Shown here: in pieces, positions 1 to 9,536 of the stretch
Layout of the letters: each line of letters begins with the position of its first letter
Numbering within the stretch: the first letter of the stretch is position 1
Assembly (NCBI GenBank): GCA_045657205.1
Contig: JAZOSS010000132.1
Location: 1-42,886 of the forward strand
Direction: 5' to 3'
Source: Eubacteriales bacterium
Lineage (GTDB): Bacteria; Bacillota; Clostridia; Oscillospirales; CAG-272
Length of the DNA stretch: 42,886 nucleotides
The notes under the pieces: generated by a model
What the model saw: the letters and a program-made list of their open reading frames with translations, nothing else
Told to the model about the DNA's origin: nothing
Databases searched by the model: none
Program-made: the position numbers and the translations under genes

Positions 1-489
1 GTGGCCCATTTCACCGCCGCAGAAGTTGCTTCCGCGATAAATTTTTCCGTCGATGATAATACCGCTTCCTACTCCTGTTCCGAGAGTAACTGCAACAAAG
101 TTTGAAACACCGTTGCCGCAGCCTGCAACTGCTTCGCCGAGAGCGGCGGCGTTTGCATCGTTTTCGATATATATCTTAACATCGAGCAGTTTTGACAGCT
201 TTTCGGTTATGGGGTACTTCTCCATAAGCAGATTGCACGCTCTGTCTATCACGCCCGTATCGCAATTTATAGCGCCGGGCGTTGCAAGACCTGCATACGC
301 GATATCGTCAAGTGAAATACCGTACGATGCGGCAAGATCCTTTACAAGACGTGCGATATCCTCTGCCACTGCGTCGTTCCCTCTTTCGGGAAGTGTGGGA
401 ACGGACATTTTTTTAACGATCGTATTGTTTTCATCAACAAGGCCTGCGGCGATATTCGTACCGCCGAGATCAATGCCAATATAGTACAT
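1..489 (-). CDS. ROK-family glucokinase/sugar kinase. Only the N-terminal 163 aa are present, because the 3' end runs off the window edge.
   Basis: The reverse strand translates as MYYIGIDLGGTNIAAGLVDENN...ENDANAAALGE...LGTGVGSGIIIDGKIYRGSNFCGGEMGH, which carries the DxGGT ATP-binding and ROK signature regions. An AGAGAGG RBS lies upstream of the ATG at 489. The ORF-track entry 53..484(+) is its antisense shadow. Confidence 0.85.
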   Translation of the reverse strand, partial: MYYIGIDLGGTNIAAGLVDENNTIVKKMSVPTLPERGNDAVAEDIARLVKDLAASYGISLDDIAYAGLATPGAINCDTGVIDRACNLLMEKYPITEKLSKLLDVKIYIENDANAAALGEAVAGCGNGVSNFVAVTLGTGVGSGIIIDGKIYRGSNFCGGEMGH

Positions 490-504
490 TAAGAAAACCT
501 CTCT

Positions 505-1887
505 TTATTTAATTACGGAAACGTCCCAGCCCATCGTTTCACCGAATGCCTTCAGCACCTTAACGTCGCCGCCGTATACGAGCGCGCCGTGGTGTATACC
601 GCCGAGCTTACTGAACTCGGGCAAAAATTCCGTCAAGGGCTTGCACACCTTCATCCAGCCGCTTACGTCATCTCTGAAGGACGTTTCATAAGGAACTTCA
701 AGTGCTTCAACTTCCGTAAGTATAAATCTGTATTTACCGCCGCCTATGGGGCAAAGGGATACGTATACAGCATCACCCGGCTTAAATACGGACATCATTG
801 ATATGGGGTTACCTGCGTTTTTACCGTAGGGGAATCTGCAAACTCTGCAGTCGGGCTTTGAAGAAACGCTCTTTACGTTATATTCGCCCATATGTGAAAG
901 GTATACTGTGTTATCTCTCCAGTTTGCACAGAACATTTCGGCAAACGTCGTATCTTCGTACTGTGAAAGGAGTGCTCCGACGAGAGCCGCCGTCATAACG
1001 TCACCTTCGCCTGCGTAACCGATACCCTCGCCCATTTCCTTACAAGCCTCTGCAAAAGGCATATAGTCGAACTGTGTTGAGCCGTCAACGCCCATAAAGT
1101 TCATCGTGAACGCTGTAAGGCCGTTTTCCTTTATCCACTTTCTTATACCGAGTCCTGTACGGCAGGAGCCTTTGTACTGCTCGTACGTTACGCTGTTCAT
1201 CGCGTATCTTTCGCAGTCAAGTGCGTATTCCGCTTTTATTTCTTCTTCGTCAACTGCGGGCATTTCGCCGTCAACGAAGTTCTTTACCTTCATTCCTATC
1301 GTCTTTTCAAGCTCGTCTGCGGGGATAGCAAAGTCACCCATACCCTCAAAAGGACCGCCGAGGTGGCCGACCTTTGCATTTTTCATCGCCTTTGCCATTT
1401 TTGCGCCCTTTACAGCCGCCGCAACGTCGTCGATAACCGTGGAATTTTCATAGTGGCCTGCGAATATCTGGAAATCCTTTCCGTTGCGGAGAAGGAGGTT
1501 GCACATATCCTGTACGCCGTGTATACCGTGGTTTGTGTTTATCTTTGCGCTTGACACGTTGTGATCGAAAACGTAGTCGGGTGTCGTATCGAGTACGATT
1601 ATGGGAAGCTTCGTGTTTTTAAGAACGTCTGCCGCTTCAAGGGAAGGCGAGTATGCAAGGTGAAGCGTTACGAGTGCATCGACGTCAGCGTCCTCAAACG
1701 ATGCTATTGCTTTTTCAAACTGCTCTTTTACGCAGCACGTTTCACTTTCAACGACTTCAAGACCTCTGAAGCGAAGCTCCATACAGATCTGCTGATAAAA
1801 TCCTTCGAGGTGTACTCTTCTTTTGGGCGCCGTCTGGTCGTAAAGTGCGATATAAAGGGGCAGAAGCCCTATTTTCGGTTTATTCAT
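505..1887 (-). CDS. L-fucose/L-arabinose isomerase family protein (sugar aldose-ketose isomerase-like)
   Basis: This 460-aa protein has the layout of FucI/AraA-like isomerases by eye: an N-terminal Rossmann-like part (KIGLLPLYIALYD...LPIIVLDT) and a C-terminal barrel part. Its start overlaps the upstream stop in an ATGA arrangement. Confidence 0.65.
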   Translation of the reverse strand: MNKPKIGLLPLYIALYDQTAPKRRVHLEGFYQQICMELRFRGLEVVESETCCVKEQFEKAIASFEDADVDALVTLHLAYSPSLEAADVLKNTKLPIIVLDTTPDYVFDHNVSSAKINTNHGIHGVQDMCNLLLRNGKDFQIFAGHYENSTVIDDVAAAVKGAKMAKAMKNAKVGHLGGPFEGMGDFAIPADELEKTIGMKVKNFVDGEMPAVDEEEIKAEYALDCERYAMNSVTYEQYKGSCRTGLGIRKWIKENGLTAFTMNFMGVDGSTQFDYMPFAEACKEMGEGIGYAGEGDVMTAALVGALLSQYEDTTFAEMFCANWRDNTVYLSHMGEYNVKSVSSKPDCRVCRFPYGKNAGNPISMMSVFKPGDAVYVSLCPIGGGKYRFILTEVEALEVPYETSFRDDVSGWMKVCKPLTEFLPEFSKLGGIHHGALVYGGDVKVLKAFGETMGWDVSVIK

Positions 1888-2897
1888 TGTAGTATCCTTT
1901 CTGCATTATTGTAAAATATGTTCTCTGCAAGCTTTTTTCCGCCTGCTTCATACGTTGTATCGAGTATGCTTTTAAGCTGTTCATAGAGGAAAAACGTGTA
2001 TTTTGCCTCTTCCTCGGGACTTTCGATATGCTTATTAAAGGGGAAATCCTCCCTGGGCATATTCGTGTAGGTCGTTTCGGTCCAGCGTCTTTTGCCGTGC
2101 CAGAGGAACACGGGAAGGTCCGTTCCGTACATTATTTTATCCTGCGGATATTTTTCAAGCACGTATTCAAGCACGGCAGGATTCAACACTGCCGCTATAT
2201 CGTAGCTGAAATGATATCTGTCGTCCCCGAGCTTTTCGGTAGCACTTTTTATATGATCCGTTGCGTAGCATCTGCCCGCGTGTGCTATTATGAGCTTGAT
2301 ATCGGGATATTTATCCTTTACCGCTCTGAGCTCTTTTATGTTGTTATCGTCGGGAAATCTGCCTGCTCTTGGCAAATGCAGGACCATTGCCTTTTTGTGT
2401 TTATTGAACACGGCGAGCTGTTCGGGCTTTATAAAATCGAAAAGACCTATTTCGGAGCCTTTGATGCCCGAAACGAAATCGGGGTAAGGCTTACAGCCGT
2501 CAAAATTCCCTTCTGTAAGCACTCGTTCGACGTATTCGTGATCCCACGCGGGATCGACCATCATCATAGCGTATCTTGCCTTGCCTTCTTTTTTAAGCTC
2601 TGCAAGATATGCGTTATTTGCATCGACGTCAACACCTCTTGTAACGCACGGAAGTACGGTTGCCTCAACTGACGAGTCGGGGTAAAGAACATCTCTGTAA
2701 TATGCGTAATCTTCAAAGCGCATGACCGAGCCGCACTGCACCGCCCAGTCGTTCGGATCGGGCGTGCAGTTTTTACGCATCTCCTCCGTTGAAATATGCA
2801 TATGCATATCTATTATCTTTTCGGGAATGCGGGGCTTTATAAATTCATTGTAAAAAGCGGTATCAATATCCGTCTTTTTGAAGTAATCGACTACCAT
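1884..2897 (-). CDS. Amidohydrolase-2 type TIM-barrel metal-dependent hydrolase
   Basis: This 337-aa protein has an HMH metal-ligand motif near the N-terminus (IIDMHMHIS), a later IIAHAGR and a MYGTDLP motif. These are typical of PF04909-like amidohydrolases (lactonase/decarboxylase type). It overlaps the upstream gene by 7 nt. Confidence 0.6.
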   Translation of the reverse strand: MVVDYFKKTDIDTAFYNEFIKPRIPEKIIDMHMHISTEEMRKNCTPDPNDWAVQCGSVMRFEDYAYYRDVLYPDSSVEATVLPCVTRGVDVDANNAYLAELKKEGKARYAMMMVDPAWDHEYVERVLTEGNFDGCKPYPDFVSGIKGSEIGLFDFIKPEQLAVFNKHKKAMVLHLPRAGRFPDDNNIKELRAVKDKYPDIKLIIAHAGRCYATDHIKSATEKLGDDRYHFSYDIAAVLNPAVLEYVLEKYPQDKIMYGTDLPVFLWHGKRRWTETTYTNMPREDFPFNKHIESPEEEAKYTFFLYEQLKSILDTTYEAGGKKLAENIFYNNAERILQ

Positions 2898-4345
2898 GTG
2901 TGTACGACTTCCTGTACTGCATCGCGGAGTGCTTTATATTTATTATATTTTTCATTATAATAAGCGTACATCTTTTCGTCGGGAAGGTCCATCGTCGTAC
3001 CTTCGATAAGCGATATATAACCGTCGGTCATACCGCATCCGACAGATGCTATTGCCGCCGCACCGACAGCGCACGCCTCTGCGTTTTCCATTCTCGTTAT
3101 CTTGCAGCCCGTAACGTATCCGACGATAGAGCACCAAAGGTCGCTTCTTGAAGCTCCGCCCATTATTTTAAGCGAGCTTATGTCAACGCCCTGCTCTGCG
3201 TATTTTTCAAGGCTTGCACGCACGTCAAACGCAACGCCTTCCATAAGTGCTCTTGCGATATCGTATTTATCGTTTCCGAGTCGGAGTCCGTGGATACAGC
3301 CCGACATTGCGCTGTCCTTAAGAGGAAATCCTGCGCCCGAAAAATGGGGGAAGAAGAGGATATCCTTTGATGATCCGACTCTCTTTTCAGCTTCGATATC
3401 AAGCGTTTTGTAATCGCTTGAAAACGTATCTCTTACCCACTTCATAGCGTTGCCGACACCGGAAAGGGATGCAATATTGCCGTAAAGTCCTTTTTTGGGG
3501 TGTATACCGGGGCAGGTGTGGCTCTTTGAGTACGTGAGCTTATCGCCTATGCCGAGAAGAACCCAGGCAGTACCCGTTGAAAGCATCATATCGCCTACGT
3601 TCAAAGCACCGCATCCGATGGATGCACAGTACTGGTCGTGTGCGCCGTTATATACTTTTACGCTTTCGGGAATACCGAGAAGCTTTGACGCTTCCTTCGT
3701 AAGCGTTCCGACGTATGCGCCGGAAGGCATAACCTCAGGGAGTCTGTCCTTGCCGATTCCTACTATTTCAAGTATTTCTTCATCCCACTTGCCCGTGTTT
3801 ATGTTAAAGATCTCTCTTATTGAGGCGTTCGTGGGATCGACTACGTTTTTGCCCGTGAGCTTGAAGTTTACGTACTCGACCGTTGAAACGAAGCTGTATG
3901 TTTTTTCAAATATCTCGGGCTCGTGCTTTTTCACCCACATGATCTTTGCCGCATCGCTTCCCGGGTCTGTCGTCCAGCCGCAACGGGAATAAATACCGTC
4001 GTTACCGAGCTTTTCGTCAAGTATCTTACATTCCTCCGTCGCTCTCATATCCATCCAGGTGATGGCGGGGCGCAAGGAGTTGAAATCTTTATCAACGAAA
4101 GCCGTCGTTGCGCCCTGTGTGGAGAGCGAAAGTGCGGCTATCTGCGTTTTGTCGATATCCTTCGTGCTTTCGTTTACCGTATAAACTACGGCATCCCACC
4201 AGGCTTCGGCAGACTGCTCTGCAATGCCTCCGGGAGCTGACGTTATCGGATATTCACGGTATGCAAGACCGTGTATTTTTTTATCTTCACCGAGAACGAC
4301 GGTTTTAGTTCCCGTCGTTCCCACGTCTATACCTAATACGTACAT
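2891..4345 (-). CDS. FGGY-family carbohydrate kinase (xylulokinase/glycerol-kinase-like)
   Basis: The N-terminus is MYVLGIDVGTTGTKTVVL (ASKHA phosphate-1 motif). The 484-aa length and the GGASRSDLW C-terminal FGGY motif also fit the family. Confidence 0.85.
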   Translation of the reverse strand: MYVLGIDVGTTGTKTVVLGEDKKIHGLAYREYPITSAPGGIAEQSAEAWWDAVVYTVNESTKDIDKTQIAALSLSTQGATTAFVDKDFNSLRPAITWMDMRATEECKILDEKLGNDGIYSRCGWTTDPGSDAAKIMWVKKHEPEIFEKTYSFVSTVEYVNFKLTGKNVVDPTNASIREIFNINTGKWDEEILEIVGIGKDRLPEVMPSGAYVGTLTKEASKLLGIPESVKVYNGAHDQYCASIGCGALNVGDMMLSTGTAWVLLGIGDKLTYSKSHTCPGIHPKKGLYGNIASLSGVGNAMKWVRDTFSSDYKTLDIEAEKRVGSSKDILFFPHFSGAGFPLKDSAMSGCIHGLRLGNDKYDIARALMEGVAFDVRASLEKYAEQGVDISSLKIMGGASRSDLWCSIVGYVTGCKITRMENAEACAVGAAAIASVGCGMTDGYISLIEGTTMDLPDEKMYAYYNEKYNKYKALRDAVQEVVHTW

Positions 4346-5886
4346 TATTTCTCCATAACCTTTATTGCTTCTTTGATCTTACCGCACAAAAAGTCCATTG
4401 CGTATCTTGATGCTATGAGCGGCGGCTTAACGAGAACAACGGGGGGACAGTTAGCCTTATAGAGCTGTGCGGAGATATCTACGCACATATCGTTGAGTAT
4501 CTGTGCAAACTTTGCCGCCTCGTCAACCTTTGCAAAGCGGAGGCCTGCAAGATGGCCGAAGCCGTCTGCTCTTACGATAAGTTCGCTGTTTTCTTCTGCT
4601 ATCTTTTCAAGATTTTCGTAGAAATATTCGCCTGCGTCCTTTATTTCTTCGCTGTTTGCCTTGGAGAATTCCATAGTTACGAGGTATGCAAGGGATGCAA
4701 GCTCTTCCTGGCCGTTCGTTACGAGTGCGCCGAAGAGGTTGAGAGCGTCCATTTCAGCCGTTGTGATGAGCTTACTTGCAGGATATTCACCGCCGGGGAA
4801 GCCCTTACCTACTACCGCGAAATCGGGGTTAAGTCCCCATTTTCTGAACAAGAACATTCCGTCGTACCACATACAGGACTGAATTTCGTCACACATCGTA
4901 GGTGTATCGTATTCGCGGCAAAGCTTATACGCGCCCTGCAAAAATTCCTTCGTAAGTCTTATTGCACCGTAGTTCATAAGGATTATTTCGTGAGCAAAGC
5001 CCGCCGTCTTATAGTTGCCGCTGTTGTACGTCTTGAGCTTTTCTTCAAAGTCTGCAAGGTCGTTTATCATAACGGGAACTATCTTGTAAAGTCCTGCTTT
5101 TTCAGCCTCAGCCGCAAATCCGCCCCAGAGTCCTCTGAGAGTCTGTGCGAATATCGTCGTACCGTGGTAGTTTGCTTCGTTTGTACCCTTCATATCAGCC
5201 ATTACGAAGAAAACGGGTGTTTTGCCGTAATACTTGGGATCTGCAAACGTGCCGTCGAGCTTATAAAATCTCGAAAGCATCATCTTGAAGCCTGCTTCGC
5301 ACGCAAGGCTTCCCGTTTCAAGGTTGATACAGCGGTTGAGGACCTTCGGCTCTCTTGAAGCAAGTATCTTTTCAAGCTCAGAGTCGTCAACGCCGCCGTT
5401 TGCCGCACGGATGAGTTCGCGCTCTGCAAGTCTTGTTATGTAACCTCTCGTGTTGTTGTGCGTAGCGTTGGGAACGCCGAGCTTACGTGCGTTATCAATA
5501 AGCTTATATCCGCCGAAGCCGTGGCCGAGTGATGCGTGGTAGTGTTCGCTCTTACCTATGAAGTAGACCTTTCCGTCTTCACCTATACGGCAGAGTCCTC
5601 TTGCCGAAAGAGGTGCCATGCACTTATGAAGTGCTTTTGCAAAAGCGTCTGTTGCAGCACCGTCGTTTGTTGTTTCAAATGCGTCTACGACCTGTGTGCC
5701 GACGTCAGACAGCATCTTTTCGTTTGCCGTCTGTCTTTCTTCGGGCATAAAGTCGATCTTTTCGGAAACTATTTTTTCAGCTTCCTCCATCGTTACGTAT
5801 CCGTTGTAAACAGCGGACGCGCAAAGTGCTTTGGCGTAGTCTTCGCCTAAAATATCCTTAAGGGACATGCAGGGAGATTTAAACAT
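4345..5886 (-). CDS. Class-III (PLP-dependent) aminotransferase-like protein with an N-terminal extension of about 100 aa
   Basis: The motifs DEIQSCMWYDGMFLF...PDFAVVGKGFPGGEYP match the class-III pattern DEIQTG...K(PLP-Lys)...GG.P. I chose the ATG at 5886 (AGGTGA RBS 5 nt upstream) over the GTG at 5895. Confidence 0.6.
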   Translation of the reverse strand: MFKSPCMSLKDILGEDYAKALCASAVYNGYVTMEEAEKIVSEKIDFMPEERQTANEKMLSDVGTQVVDAFETTNDGAATDAFAKALHKCMAPLSARGLCRIGEDGKVYFIGKSEHYHASLGHGFGGYKLIDNARKLGVPNATHNNTRGYITRLAERELIRAANGGVDDSELEKILASREPKVLNRCINLETGSLACEAGFKMMLSRFYKLDGTFADPKYYGKTPVFFVMADMKGTNEANYHGTTIFAQTLRGLWGGFAAEAEKAGLYKIVPVMINDLADFEEKLKTYNSGNYKTAGFAHEIILMNYGAIRLTKEFLQGAYKLCREYDTPTMCDEIQSCMWYDGMFLFRKWGLNPDFAVVGKGFPGGEYPASKLITTAEMDALNLFGALVTNGQEELASLAYLVTMEFSKANSEEIKDAGEYFYENLEKIAEENSELIVRADGFGHLAGLRFAKVDEAAKFAQILNDMCVDISAQLYKANCPPVVLVKPPLIASRYAMDFLCGKIKEAIKVMEK

Positions 5887-5927
5887 ATCTTTCACCTATC
5901 CTTATTTTATTTCATATTTATAATTTT

Positions 5928-5956
5928 ATTATATAAAATATTCTGTCGAATGTCAA
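5928..5956 (-). promoter_or_regulatory. Sigma-A promoter of the five-gene sugar operon
   Basis: The minus strand reads TTGACA, a 17-nt spacer, then TATAAT (plus-strand tgtcaa at 5951-5956 and attata at 5928-5933). It lies about 40 nt upstream of the start codon. Confidence 0.7.
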
Positions 5957-5971
5957 TATACAAAAGAGATT

Positions 5972-8161
5972 TTATCCGCTTTCTTCTTCCGTTTGTTCAT
6001 CCTCTTGTATATTTTCTTCCGTTTCACGGTCTTCTTCGGGTACGTTCTCCGAGGTCTGAGTTTGTGTCGGGCGTGTATCTTCTTCAGGAAGTGTTTCAGT
6101 GTTTTCCGTTTCTTCCTCTTCTATCGGGTTGCCGTTTTTATCGAGGTTAAAGTGTGTCGATATTATACCCAGCACCGCGGTTGCGGCTTTTCTTCCCGTT
6201 GCACCGTTTTCTATAACGCAGGAAACGACGATCTCGGGATCATCGTACGGAGCAAATGCCGTAAGCACGGCGTTGTTGTTATTCTTCGTTATCTGTGCCG
6301 TACCTGTCTTTACGCCGATGTCCAATTTATATCTTTTAATTGTTGAGGTGTTAGCCTTTGACTCTCTCATTCCGCGTCTGAGATACTCGCAATGTTCATC
6401 CGAAAGTTCCGCTTCGCCGAGAATGACCGGCTCATTATATACCGTATCCTGTCCGGAATACGTTTCGGATTTATAAAGCACCGTGGCTTTATATCTTATA
6501 CCGCTGTTTATGATCGTCGATATATACATCGAAAGCTGTAAGGGCGTTACCGCGTTTTTACTCTGTCCTATCGCCGCCTGAAGCGTATCACCCGGATTCC
6601 ATACTCCGAGATCCTGTTCGGAATAATAAACGGGACCTGCTATGACGCCTTTTGATTCAAGCAACTCAATTCCCGTATACTGACCGAGTCCGAGTGTCGT
6701 ACAGTAATCGTTCAGCGCCTCGATACCGAGTCTTCGTCCGACGTCGTAGAAGTAGCAGTTGCACGATACGCCGAGTGCCTTTACAAGATCCGTCGGTCCG
6801 TGGCCGCGAGTATTCCAGCAGTCGGGCTGATAGTCACTGTAATATCTGTATTCACCCTCGCAATCAACGGAACTCGACGGCGTTATTATCCCGTTTGTAA
6901 GTGCTGCGGCACTCGTTGCGATTTTGAACGTAGAACCCGGAGCGTAATTGCCCATAAGTGCTCTGTTGAAAAGCGGCTGTTTTTCATCCGCAAGCAGGTC
7001 GGCGTACTTTTCGGTAAACATCGAAAGATCGTACGACGGATACGATGCCAAAGCAAGCACCTGACCGTTATTGGGGTCTATGACGCTTACAGCACCGCTG
7101 TCGGCAAGCCGTCCGTCCTCGTCGCTTTCGGCATTCTCAGCTATTTCTTTTATATTTTCAAGAAGCTTTTCTTCGGCATCTATCTGCATATCTATATCTA
7201 TCGTAAGATAGACGTTGCGGCCGGGGATGACCTCGGTTTCCGTTTCCGTCGATATGATACCGCCGTATTCGTCCTCGGTTATCTTGACGACACCGTCTGA
7301 GCCTTTCAAAAGTTCCTCAAACGCTTTTTCCGCACCGTCAAGCCCCACGACGGCATCATAGGCGTAGCCGTTTGCAAGATATTTTTCTATTTCATCCGCG
7401 GGGATCTTTCCGACTCTGCCGAGAATATGAGATGCATGTGTCGGATATTCGTACACCCTTTTCCATTCTTTGGACACGTATATACCCGTCGAAGCTCTTT
7501 CAAGCACAGCCGTCACAAGTTCCATTTTCGCATCTTCTTTTATGATAAAGGGTGTATTGGGGGCAAAATTCATCGTATCAAGTTCATATCTGACAGCTAT
7601 GACGTCGTACTGCGTACGTCCTTCATAAGTGTAGTTTCCCCGTGCATTTTTTATGCCGTAATATTCTATGAGCCATTCAAACAGATCGACGCACGATATG
7701 TTCTTATCAAGTCCGTTTTTCTCAAGAAACGAGTAAAAACGCGTGCTTGACGTTTTATTTTCAAGCTTTTCTTCGTCGTACGATACGTGCGGATACGTTC
7801 CCTTTATCGGAAAACGCGTGGTGAAATCCTCACCGTAGTCCTCAAGCACGCCGCTTATTTCGGCAACGACTCCGTTTTTACCTGCCGAGGTGAAATTTTT
7901 AAGCGAATTATAGCTTAGCTGTATTGTATTTGTATATTCATTACTTACGAGCGCTTTGCCGTTTCTGTCGTATATTTCGCCTCTTACAGCCTGAACGGTT
8001 TCGTATCTTACGTACGTTTTCGTCGAGCCCGATATATATTTATCGACACCCGTTATCTGCATATTGACGAGCTTTATTACATAAAAGCCGCATATCGCAA
8101 CAAAAAACGCACCCAAAACAAACAGCGCACCCGTATGATATTTTTTTGTTCTATTCTTCAT
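5972..8161 (-). CDS. mrdA: Penicillin-binding protein 2 (elongasome transpeptidase) with an acidic low-complexity C-terminal tail
   Basis: It has an N-terminal TM segment and the motifs STFK (GSTFKIATSAA), SCN (SxN) and KTGTA. It follows mreBCD. The C-terminus is EEEETENTETLPEEDTRPTQTQTSENVPEEDRETEENIQEDEQTEEESG. Confidence 0.9.
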   Translation of the reverse strand: MKNRTKKYHTGALFVLGAFFVAICGFYVIKLVNMQITGVDKYISGSTKTYVRYETVQAVRGEIYDRNGKALVSNEYTNTIQLSYNSLKNFTSAGKNGVVAEISGVLEDYGEDFTTRFPIKGTYPHVSYDEEKLENKTSSTRFYSFLEKNGLDKNISCVDLFEWLIEYYGIKNARGNYTYEGRTQYDVIAVRYELDTMNFAPNTPFIIKEDAKMELVTAVLERASTGIYVSKEWKRVYEYPTHASHILGRVGKIPADEIEKYLANGYAYDAVVGLDGAEKAFEELLKGSDGVVKITEDEYGGIISTETETEVIPGRNVYLTIDIDMQIDAEEKLLENIKEIAENAESDEDGRLADSGAVSVIDPNNGQVLALASYPSYDLSMFTEKYADLLADEKQPLFNRALMGNYAPGSTFKIATSAAALTNGIITPSSSVDCEGEYRYYSDYQPDCWNTRGHGPTDLVKALGVSCNCYFYDVGRRLGIEALNDYCTTLGLGQYTGIELLESKGVIAGPVYYSEQDLGVWNPGDTLQAAIGQSKNAVTPLQLSMYISTIINSGIRYKATVLYKSETYSGQDTVYNEPVILGEAELSDEHCEYLRRGMRESKANTSTIKRYKLDIGVKTGTAQITKNNNNAVLTAFAPYDDPEIVVSCVIENGATGRKAATAVLGIISTHFNLDKNGNPIEEEETENTETLPEEDTRPTQTQTSENVPEEDRETEENIQEDEQTEEESG

Positions 8162-8684
8162 AATAATCTGATTTTCTCTTTATGCCAAACAAGGCACCGT
8201 GAAGCTTGCAAAGCGGATACACCGCAAGCGTACAAACGAACGAATACACGAACTGAGGCAGTATCACCTTCGTGAATATATCCGCATACGCGGCTTTTCC
8301 CGAAAGTATGATGACGGCGGCAATGCTTTCGGCTGTATAAACGCAAAGCGCCGTACACAAAACCGCAACAAATCTGTTATGAAACAGATCGCGTGTAAAA
8401 AACAAGCAAAGTGATGCGGCAAACAAAAACAAAAGCGGATAGTATGAAACGCCCTCCATTCCGAGAGCCTGCAGAAGAAATCCCGCAAACACGGAAAGGA
8501 TGCACACCGTTTTTTCATTTTCGTAAGCGGCAAGGCATATGACCGCCGCCGCCGTTATATCGGGAATACAACCGAAAAATTTAAGGTAAGGAAACACGGA
8601 CATCTGGCACATTGCGGCAGAAAATACCGCAATAAAACAGATAAACACCCGAAGCTTTCCTTTTATTTCGTACTTTCCGTGCAT
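8151..8684 (-). CDS. mreD: Rod shape-determining protein MreD
   Basis: This 177-aa polytopic membrane protein lies immediately after mreC (1-nt TGATG overlap) and before PBP2. Confidence 0.8.
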   Translation of the reverse strand: MHGKYEIKGKLRVFICFIAVFSAAMCQMSVFPYLKFFGCIPDITAAAVICLAAYENEKTVCILSVFAGFLLQALGMEGVSYYPLLFLFAASLCLFFTRDLFHNRFVAVLCTALCVYTAESIAAVIILSGKAAYADIFTKVILPQFVYSFVCTLAVYPLCKLHGALFGIKRKSDYYEE

Positions 8685-9523
8685 CAGTTTTCACCTTCAA
8701 AGCTCGTAAGTATCATAACCTTTTCGATATCGGTTATATCGGCAAACGGACGTACGACGGCGTATTTGCTCCGCAGGCTGTCGTCGTATTCGACTCTTTC
8801 AACGATACCGACGAGCATTCCCTGCGGATATATCGAGCCGAGTCCCGATGTCATAACTCTGTCACCGACTTCGACTTTTGAATCCCCTTCAAGGTAATTT
8901 ATTCTGCAAAGTCCCTCTTTTTCAAGCTGAAATTCACCGCAAAGCACACCCGTTTCCGAGGTTCTTTCTATATAAACTCCGACGGATGCCGAGGTGTCGA
9001 TTATACTTGACGCCTTCGACCAGTTTATTCCTGCCTCGCTTATATAACCGACAACACCTCCGTTTTCGGAGATTATCGGCATATTTTTTTCAACACCGTC
9101 TTTCGTTCCTTTATCGAGAGAAAACACCGTCATATAGTTGCCTGCCTGCCTGCCTATAACGTCGGCATCAAGAAACACGTAATCGGGATTTTCTTCTTTT
9201 ATACCGAGGAAGTTCTTATAAAATTCGTTTTCCTCTTTCATCGCCTCGGCATCGTATATCAGATCTTTAAGCTCGTTTATTTCGGCTTTGAGAGCTTCGT
9301 TTTCCGCTTTCAGTCCGTCAACGGAGTCAAAATACGACTTGTAACCGTTTATGGCAAGCCCGAAGCTGCCAAAGCCTTTCTGTATCGGCGTCACCATTAC
9401 GTTTACAACGTTCGTCAAAACCGAAAAATGTCCCGACGCGGCAAGTGCGCTGACAACGACGGTAAGCAATATTGCAACCGTTGCCGTTATTATAAAAAAT
9501 CTGCTTTTAAAAAATTTATTCAT
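8684..9523 (-). CDS. mreC: Rod shape-determining protein MreC
   Basis: It has an N-terminal TM segment, a coiled-coil (ENEALKAEINELKDLIYDAEAMKEENE) and a C-terminal beta-rich domain ending GLGSIYPQGMLVGIV. Confidence 0.9.
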   Translation of the reverse strand: MNKFFKSRFFIITATVAILLTVVVSALAASGHFSVLTNVVNVMVTPIQKGFGSFGLAINGYKSYFDSVDGLKAENEALKAEINELKDLIYDAEAMKEENEFYKNFLGIKEENPDYVFLDADVIGRQAGNYMTVFSLDKGTKDGVEKNMPIISENGGVVGYISEAGINWSKASSIIDTSASVGVYIERTSETGVLCGEFQLEKEGLCRINYLEGDSKVEVGDRVMTSGLGSIYPQGMLVGIVERVEYDDSLRSKYAVVRPFADITDIEKVMILTSFEGEN

Positions 9524-9536
9524 CTCTTTATTCTGC

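Noticed and set aside
53-484. A 143-aa plus-strand ORF at the left edge
   Set aside because: It is antisense to a textbook ROK kinase N-terminus (MYYIGIDLGGTN...), and its own translation is low-complexity Pro/Ser/Ala-rich with no RBS.
2028-5358. Long plus-strand ORFs inside the sugar operon (2028..2672, 3495..3992, 4552..5358)
   Set aside because: They are shadow ORFs opposite well-supported minus-strand genes. Their products are Cys/Phe/Val-rich nonsense without motifs or RBS.
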